A stretch of 64,000 bases of DNA from Tubulanus polymorphus (lineage: Eukaryota; Animalia; Nemertea), in assembly GCF_964204645.1 (NCBI RefSeq), contig NC_134028.1:8308001-8372000 (forward strand). The letters run 5' to 3'. Below the pieces are notes generated by a model that worked only from the letters and a program-made list of their open reading frames with translations, was not told where the DNA came from and searched no databases. The translations under genes were made by a program, and so were the position numbers. Shown piece by piece: positions 54,801 to 64,000 of the stretch; position 1 is the first letter of the stretch, and each line of letters starts with the position of its first letter.

Positions 54801-57800
54801 AAAAAATTGAAAATAAACTCATTTTGCTGTGGAAGAGCTCCAAACTTTGAATTTATAATAGAATTTCAGTATGTATTTCCTTTACTTTCTGCTCTGTAAA
54901 TTCGTATATCCAGTGGATGTTGTAGAAAAATGAAGCCAAAACCTTCAGTAAAAGTTATGTTGTAGCATGTCTAAAAAAAATATCTGTACGGAACAAATAA
55001 CTGTCGAATTTCACGCAGTTTTAACTTGAATCAATGCAAAATGTGCTGCTATATTATATCATGATTACATATGGTTTGTTTCATTTTGTTTTGTTTTCAA
55101 CCGATTTCAATTCTTTTAATTGCTCAGAAACTTTTATTGATACCCGCTAATCAGAATAGCACAAAGTTTTGTTTACTTTATTGACATTAGCTTTATATAG
55201 AAAATGTAATCTATTTCGTCAAACTCTATTACTGTCGTTAGATATACCATTGACTCTGAAACCGAGTTTCGCTTTTAGAGTCCTCGAATTTGCGTGTAGA
55301 ATTGAGAACTTGGGTGTTGATTGCAACTAATGGTGCTGTAAGAAAAAATTACCTCGATAGGTGGCCGTCCATCTTGTCACCAAATTCATTAAGTAAATGG
55401 TTACATCAGAATAATACCGCATGCATAGCTAAATTCATTTCAGATGTGAAAGTCATTGAAAAATATTGCAGTTTTGGGTTTTAGTCTGTTGTTGTTTTGC
55501 ATAATATAAAAGGTAAGCCTAGTGAACAATGAGTTCGAATTTAGGGGCTCCGTCCTCAGTTGGATTTTTCATTTTCGATGGAGTCTTTAACCATGAACTC
55601 TAAAGTCCATGCTTTAACATAGGTTGTAGTTATAACAACGTTTACTACATCTGGAGGAGGAGGTATTTTTGTGCTACAGTAGTTCCATACTAATCAGTAT
55701 TGTTCATCGTAACTTTTCAAAATAATTGTTTTTTTGTGCATGAACAAATAGAAAAATTCTAGTCAATGATAATTTCGTTTTCAAACATTTCTTTCAAACG
55801 ACCTTGAAGCTTTCGCTCTTTGTGCGAAAGCTGAGTTCATCTTTGTACGCATGCTTCTCCTGTGCCCTTGGATCCACTCTTGAAAACACTAGCGGAACTT
55901 GGTCCGGCTCATTTACGAAGTGAAAATAAATGAAACCCAAGGTCTTCCATGTTTCATCTGCTTACACACCAGACTTTTTTACGATCTATGTATAGTATTG
56001 TAATAGTGTTATATAATTCATTACGCCATAGGTAGTTTATTTCTCCAACCTTCACCCTCACCTGCCACAGCTGCATTAGTAATGAGGCCCTACAGACGAT
56101 ATAAGTACGTACCAGTTGGAAATGTCGATTATCGAATAGCTTATTGGATGAATTGAAACCAATGTATGAATTGATCAAAATGTTACTACGGTACTTAGAA
56201 TCAGGGGCCAGTTGCTCAAACGTTAGTTAGTTAACCATTGGATAGTTGACATAGTGACAATTAAAAGTTCATTGTAACTATCAAGTATTTATCCGCCGGT
56301 TATCTTTAACCATGAGCAGCTGACCACAGAATCCAGTTCGAGTTATGAGTTGGAGTTAACTCTGAGTTTAATTCAGTTCATTTTCAATGGGTTAACCACG
56401 AGTCAAATCTTAACTCGCGACTGTGGAACTGGTTCCAGGTTGTCGTCTAAATCTAAGATTATTAGTGTGGTCGTTAACTTAACCGAGCCTGAGTTGTGTG
56501 CCTGGAAAGATTGGAATATTCATGATAAATTATTTGAGTCTGCTACTTGCGTTTCACAGGAATTAGTCTACGACCTGGACCCACTCTGGACATTCGCCAT
56601 GATCACACAAGCATTGGGTGTGAATTGCAATCGGATCTGGAAGTGACTCACTTAGCTTTCATGAAGCATTGTTTAGCATCAAGCTTGGAGTAATCATTTG
56701 ACCATTTGGTCAAATCATTACTCCAAGCATCAAGTGAGTGGTTTACATGTGAACTTTTATTAGGCACGGGCCAAATTTGACTCTGCCTGATCTGTGCCAA
56801 TTTGGACCAGGCCAAATCGTCTCCGTGTGATGGCGGCTACTATTACCAATTCATCCATTTCGAATCGTCCAGATTTCATGCATACATTTGAGTATTTACC
56901 TAAACATTAATTAGAATTGAAAAATGGACGAATTTAAGACATTACCACCGCACTTGACCACCCTTTCTTTTGTCTTATCGAAAAAGGAAATGCCCAGAGT
57001 GGTTCCAGGCCGCCGATTGATACGCATATCTGAAAGTGTCTAATGGAGTTGATAGGGAATGCACAATGTGTAAAATGGAACTATAGTAGTAACATCTGAT
57101 ATAATGTTTATTCAATATCATGCATTGTGTAAAATTCAGATAGTAATAATTGTTAGTGTGCAAGATGCCAAATAATTTTAAACCCCAACATTAAGGGTTA
57201 ATCTTTCTTATTATATATAAAATGATTTTAGTGATTCGTCTATTTTTTCATTGAACGCATGGTTTTCATGTACATTTTCCATACATATAAGGTAATATAG
57301 TATATTATTATTATTATTATAATTATTATTATGATTATATTAAATATGACGTTTTGTTGAGAAAACTTCGATATGAAGAAATTTATCCATGATTCAGTGA
57401 AATAAAGCAAAGCTTTTATTGTAATTTCAGTTAAATATTTGGTTTTTTTTTTAATCATTTTTCACATGTGGTTAATTTACGAGCCGTTTCAAGCACGGAT
57501 TAAGATTTTACTCCAGTTACACCCTCCTTGTCTACCATTCATAACAATGTCAGTTGATGAACTCTACAAAGGATTAGGTTTTTCATCCCTAACTTTCAGT
57601 ATCACTGTCGAGTATTATAAGCTAGTTGCTTCTCCTATTGATTGTTTGAGAGTCCAGAAATGACTACGAGAATTAAAACCCATGACAGCCTGGTTTGAGA
57701 AAGACCAATGGTTTTAACCCTTTCAGTCCATTGCACCATAGTGCAGTGTATAAATTGGCGATTAACTTGACTAGTACACACCGCATACTCTATAATGTAC

Positions 57801-59658
57801 ACTAGCCTCTTTTAAAAACAACAAAACACGATATAAGAAGGCATAGATTTTATTTTACTGGTATTTAAAATACATACCAGTAATACACAAATACAGTGAA
57901 ACCCACATAATCCGGATCAGTACCTTATTAACAGACCAAATATACATAATGTATGTAAAAAAGGATGTTTAATTCAGACTTCTGATGTACCAGAAGGATT
58001 TCATCCATCCCCATTGATCTGAATTAAGTGAGGTCTACTGTATGATAACAATAGCACCTGAACCTAGGGCTGAGGGAATTATTATTATGAAATTAACATT
58101 GATTCAGTCAGAATTTTGCCCTTAGAAACTTCCATAAATCACTATGACCAAGCCTTTTCAAGGTGAACCTGAGGAATCCCTTCAAATAGCTCCTAGAATG
58201 CATCTTAATGAAATCTTCAAAATTCAGACTAAGGCACTAAGCAGGTGCAGCTTCAGGGGAGTGCTTCGGCTGCTAGAAACCCCCTTCGTATTATTCAATC
58301 TTCATGTTTTCAACGCTTCATTTCAAAGTGCATCGAAGATGTACCTTGATGATGAAGCGGTGCCTAAAAGCGCTCAGAATTCATGAAAATGAGACTAACT
58401 TTTCAGAATTTTTTTTTGGCTAGGAACTCCAAACTATGCTTTGAGAGCATACAGTCCTACGTCTGATTAACCAACAGAGCACTCCCCTCATTGAAAATCA
58501 GGGATTCGCCACTGCTAAGGTGCTCTCTGTCTCCAAATTTGTCAATATTGACTCCTGGATCAGCCCGCCACAAAATATGCATTTCAATCATACAAACACG
58601 CTTTGTAACTTTGGTATAAATAACAGACACACATTCAAGGAATCCTAGCATCTCAATCTAATTAAACATTACCGATCATCAAAAAATTAGAGTTGAAGCA
58701 GAGAAATCAATATATTTTACACGTACATACATTCACATGTATGCGTGAACAGGAAACATGCACATGTGACCAACAAACATGTGAATTTTGGATAAATTAA
58801 CATCTTAGTGATCTAGGGGTTCAGGGACTTGGAAAGTGGTTTGAAATGCTCAACAATCTGACGATTTCAATATTCAACTCCTCCTGGTGAACATATACAG
58901 AAACCAATGACCTTGAAAGTCACCACAATCATAGAACATATCATTAGTTTACAATTTTGCAATTGATGATGGTTACAAAATACGCCTAGAGGCCATTATA
59001 CATAGACAAATTGTATATAATTCGATATTCAACTCCCTGGAGGTAAAAAATGGCTGATCCCAATTCCTCGTGAGGCGATCTATCCTATGACAGTGCTTAT
59101 AATAATCAAATATCAAGACTATTAGATTAAAACCTGCTGATATTTTCCTCGAAAAACCTTTTTTTTTTTTTTTTTTTTACGAATGAGGACTGATGACACT
59201 TAAGATGGCCGCTGATTGCGTGACAACTGACTGATCGAAAAGTGAACGCACTAGCCCACTGGGACACAAGTCCCGAGTGGACTGAAAACTTAAATCAACA
59301 ATAATTTACAGTGAAACCTGCTTAAGTCATTGTAGTTGGGGAGAACAGCACGTAGACAATCTATCCAAATGATGACTTCAAAGTCAGTAAATTGATTTGG
59401 AAATACCAATTGACTTATGCAATGTGACGACTCATCTGACAACGACTTAAGCAAGTTTGACTGTACTATTTTAAACATCTTGATACGCAATCAACAATTT
59501 AATTTCTAGTAATTATTGTTCAACACTCATCTTACGAAATAAACCATTTTTGTCCATTTGGCACACAACACGCGTATAGTTATCCGGTTGAATTATCCTC
59601 ATTATAAATTACGAAATACAATGTTCATTCAAGTTAATATCGAGTTTATGGTTTTGAG

Positions 59659-62600
59659 TTATTTTTTACGCAGGTCAGCTACGACTACATTTTTGGTGTT
59701 GTTGACTTTCACGTGTGAGCCAGTCTGAAACAAATCGAACATGAATAATTCAGCAATTCATATCAGTTTCCTGGCATTATTCGTTACTGATTTTGTTGCA
59801 GATTTGTCAATATCAGCAGTATCCATTCGTAGGTGCTTGAAAATCACCAAATGCTTTCTTGCAACACCCCAAACAAGGCTCAATGCATTGCTAATTCGAA
59901 GATTTCATTTTAATTAATATACGCCCAATGCATTGCTTACTGGTATTTGCTTTCAATTTTCAAGATTCAAATTGATCGGGTTGATATGGTACACGCGTAT
60001 TGATTATGGTGTGGTATGATTTTCGTTTTACTAGAATCGAATTTTGTGACATCATTGGCGAGATATCATATAACATCCAACAAAATCACACCAGAGGCAT
60101 TTTTTGAGTCCTTCGCTAAACACTTGACTACGCTTATATAGTATTGGCCGGGAATATCCATACCATATAAGCACTTATGGTATAAGCGTATATCATCATA
60201 GTTTTACGATATGACTTATATCTCAGAAAATGTTTTACGGCTATCAGCTTGCAAGAACGAAGCACGTATATCTCCCCTCAGTAAACTTGTATTCAATAAA
60301 ATTTGGACCAATATTAATGCCTAATTTACATATTCATTTGTATGTGTAAGGTATATATGTATAGGCAGATTTAATGAAAATGAAATCCATTCATCTAGCA
60401 TATCACCCAAGGCTGGATCAGGACCTATTTACCTCGAACAGCGCAGGTTCGCTCGGATGCGGATGAAATCCACGTTGGCGACAATTAGCAATGAACTGTA
60501 AACCGTAATCAGGCGTCAGTGAGAAAAATCCAGTTCTACAACAAAGCACAAAAAAATATACATGTTTTCGAAAAACGTAAAGTAAGATTAAAGAAATATT
60601 TTCATACAAGTTAACGTGGATTTAGTGAAATCATCAGTTGAAGAATATCGTAATATTGCACTATTCGGCCAAACAGAAACACCACAGGGCAGATTGCCTT
60701 GGATTATTGCATGGCCAGACCAAAAGGTTTCAAATTTCCAATTCCAATTCATGTGACCACCTCCAATCGTCACTCGACTGCGCCGCACTTTTGCATCCTC
60801 CCTCGGCAGGGATTCGAACCTGATGGCATCGCTAGACTCAGCCACGGCATGAAACCCTACTACCACACTAGCCCGTGAGCGCAGGTACATGCACAGGTAC
60901 ATGCGCAGGTACATGCGCAGGTTTGTCGCTAGTTAGCAGCACAATCAGCTATGAGGAAAGGTCAGTTATACTTACTCATTATATTTAGGTGAGCAGACTA
61001 TCGCTATCGCTTCAGGCATCATTAATTGATAGGAACAGTGAGTATGTAAATCAACGCTGGATAAGAAAGCCGTTTGAGTTGGATGAGTCTGAAATCAATA
61101 TCGATTCACTAATCATAGACACTGAACATAATCATCCATTACGACCTAATATACTTGATAGACGAGGTAGTTGATTATTACGTAATAAATCAGGAGGGCC
61201 ACTTTTATTTGACTTGCTTTTCTCCCCGACTTTCTCCACACTATTCCCTGACATGCACGTGGTATTCTTGACTTGATCCGCTAAGAATCCAGTCAATTAA
61301 CGCAGACAAATACGTATGACATAGATGGAAACTGTTTGATTTCATGCGTGATCTTGCAATCTCAACAAATTTCCCTGACTTTTCCGTAATTCTTAGCATT
61401 TTTTTACAAAATTCCCTGATTATTCCCCGACTTTTTCAAAGAAAAGAACATTCCCAGATTTTCCCCTGATTTCCAGGTAAGTGGCCATCCTGTTAATGTA
61501 CGCTCCCAAAGGAACTGTATGCAGTTGTAGGACTTTATGCGGAGGGATCAATCTGCAGCCTGTGGAACCACCCCGTTTAGATGAAGTTCATAATTGTAGA
61601 GTGGAGACGATCACTTTTTGAAATGGCGTTTGAAGCTAGTTTATTTGTTAGTTTCAGTTCGACAACAATCTAAAATCGCCCTCGCTGAAGGAGCTTTTTT
61701 ACCGCTTCTGAAAACTTACATGAATCCAACCTAATGTAATTAAATCGTGTTGATCTTGATACTCGAACATATCCTCCTCACAATCAGTACTGCATGAATC
61801 CGGCGTTCCGCTCTGATTCGGTATCACCAGATTAGTTATAATAAATGCGTTTTGACTCTAAAATAAGAACAAGAGAACCACTGAATTTAAATCGTGTTGA
61901 TCTTGATACTCGAACATATCCTCCTCACAATCAGTACTGCATGAATCCGGCGTTCTGCTCTGATTTGGTATCACCAGATTAGTTATAATAAATGCGTTTT
62001 GACTCTAAAATAAGGACAAGAGAACCACTGAGTTCACATCTACCTAAGGCTACTCAGGGCATGGGCCCCGCAGACAAGAATAAGCAGAGGGGATTCTTTT
62101 CCGTGATATATTCCTAATCATCAGCCTAAATTGAAGGATGTACGACAAATTTTAATGGCTTTTAGTTTTCTTCGAAATATTTTCAATATTGCAACTACCA
62201 GCAAATTTCAAGCGGAACTTATTTTGAACCATCAACCAAGAAACTCTGCCACCAGTTTTTAACACATTCGTTGCCACCGTATTTCATTTAAGTCATTACT
62301 ATGAGCTAACTCTTAGTTGGCAATAGAGTGAGTACATAGTCGGCCATCGATCGAAATTAACCAATGAGCATTGAGAGCGAAGCAAGAATTTGTCCACATT
62401 GCCAGCCAACCAGGAGATATGTCATTCCAACCAGGAGATATGTCATTGCCAAAGTGTAAATATTCAGTAGGATAAGTTACAAGATAAATCATAGTGGCAA
62501 TGATGGCTTAACTGGAGATGCGAGAAATCTTGCAGTTGGCAGTGAATATGTTAACCCTCTGAATCCCGGATTTACCAGACTACAGGATCCAGTTTCAGTC

Positions 62601-63676
62601 ATGAGTTAACTCAGAGTTAACTCTGAGTTAAGATTAGTCCATTTTGAATGAGTTAACTCCGAGTCAAATCTTAACTCACAACTGTGGAACTGGGTCCTGA
62701 CAGATTGGTGGCCTAAATGATTCGGTGCCGAAGAAATAGGCAGCACCGGTGAATGAAACTCACAAGTTTACCGCACAGAATTCCACAAGTTTCTATCGAT
62801 TTCGCGGTGTTCGGTTGAGCGATATTCAGGAACGTGTCCATCAGAATGTCGGGCACGATAACGTCTTTGAAACCGTGTTTATTCAAACTCTTACTGCCCG
62901 TACTGGTAAAATGATCCGGCTTCGACGATCGGTCGATGATTGGAATTTCACTGCGGAAAAACAAAAAAATTCCCGAACGATATTTCATATCAACGAAAAA
63001 TAACTAAAGATCTCATTCATTCGTTGAATAAATAGACACAAGGATTGTTATACCCTTCCCCCTCACAGGGATGGATCCAAGAGGAGGTGCAGGGGGTGCA
63101 CACCCCTCAACTTGCCCTCAGATTTTAAGGGAAAATAGAATATCTTCTAATCAACTATGATATCAACTATAGAATATTTGATAAAAAGTTTTAATTCATG
63201 AGCATATTCTCTACGCTTCCAAAAATGAGCTAATGATCTGGTGCCCTTTTAATTATGATATGTCATAATTTGGGGGTATACCACCCCTCCCTGAATCAGA
63301 TCCTAGATCCGCCCTTGGCTCATGTATGCATTTTCCTTCATAAACGTTAATACGGTATATAATCCAGGGCCCGGTTCTATAGCCTGGTATTATCTTTAAC
63401 TCGGGGGCTAATTCAATTGAAAATGAATTCAGTTAGCCCCCGGGTTAAAGTTAATACCAGGCTATGAAACCCTGGATGTGTAGCAATAGGTACGTAAACT
63501 GAAAAGATTCATTTACAGGCGTTTAGTTCATGTACATACCCTCCAGGTGGTGCCGATGGACTGACTGGTGGTAACTGGTCGAACGGAGTCGGCGGACCTA
63601 ACTGATTTTTCTGCTGCTCGATTTCTTTCTCTCGTAACAATCTCAACCGTTCCGATTCCTCGAGCAAAATCTGATT
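59659..63676 (-). CDS. STAMBP: STAM-binding protein / AMSH-type JAMM (MPN+) deubiquitinase, 5'-partial (last six coding exons)
   Basis: Minus-strand exons 63676(or 63670)-63540, 62950-62764, 61857-61720, 61088-60976, 60535-60433 and 59724-59659 splice in frame. They read [52 protein letters not shown] (HxH...D zinc motif), GFHPHP, ADLRKK*. Confidence 0.95.
60615..60930 (-). mobile_element. tRNA-derived SINE-like element in a STAMBP intron
   Basis: B box GGTTCGAATCCC on the minus strand (60809-60820) and a 12-bp tandem repeat GCGCAGGTACAT. Homologous to the split copy at ~16700-16721 plus 17238-17285. Confidence 0.6.
61740..62033. repeat. 147-bp tandem duplication of a STAMBP exon 5' part with its splice acceptor
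   Basis: 61740-61886 and 61887-62033 are near-identical (about 4 substitutions seen by eye). Confidence 0.93.
63368..63472. repeat. Near-perfect ~105-bp palindrome (hairpin MITE)
   Basis: ATAGCCTGGTATTATCTTTAACTCGGGGGCTAA ... TTAGCCCCCGGGTTAAAGTTAATACCAGGCTAT. Confidence 0.8.
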
Positions 63677-64000
63677 CTGATCAAAATACAAAACAAACAG
63701 CATCTTTTATGTATTGATCACGACAGAAAATGTTGAATTGCACGATAATTTTAGCACGGTTGGTTCTAGGCATCTGATCCATCTTTAAACTTTATTACTG
63801 TGTAAACCGATGATACGCTTTGTAAATATTAAGGTGTAATAAAGTAATTTTGAATAAATCTACATATCGATACAGATGCAACTAGTATGGTCAATTTCCT
63901 TTTATCTCAGTTTATTAAAGTTGTTTCAGTTTTATCGCTGAAGAAATTGACACTGACATAACTGAGTATAACTTAGTGAACCAGGCGGAACCTCACAGAA

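Noticed and set aside
63368-63472. Hairpin as a pre-miRNA
   Set aside because: Its termini and CWG flanks resemble the hairpin MITEs. It cannot be called a miRNA without small-RNA data.

Overview
This is intron-rich invertebrate (probably lophotrochozoan-type) genomic DNA, not prokaryotic. Manual splicing gives four conserved genes: the 3' half of PTEN (+, 5 exons), complete ATAD1/Msp1 (+, 10 exons, ~401 aa), a complete BAR-RhoGAP of the ARHGAP17/ARHGAP44 (RICH) family (+, 17 core exons, ~661 aa, plus a probable 825-nt cassette exon) and the 3' part of the JAMM deubiquitinase STAMBP/AMSH (-, 6 exons). Between ATAD1 and the RhoGAP is an uninterrupted single-ORF CR1-group LINE (PHD, APE endonuclease, RT) with an N-terminal 2A-like motif (DIQPNPGP), nested inside a Tc1/mariner-type MITE. 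Introns and UTRs carry many MITEs, tRNA-derived SINEs and Penelope-like inverted repeats with degenerate minimal hammerhead ribozyme cores. The most notable observations are the 2A-like LINE, hammerhead motifs in the putative PTEN 3'UTR and RhoGAP introns, a 147-bp duplication creating a potential poison 3' splice site in STAMBP, the RhoGAP cassette exon, and PTEN/ATAD1/STAMBP linkage resembling human 10q23. All calls were made by eye without database searches, and repeat boundaries are approximate.
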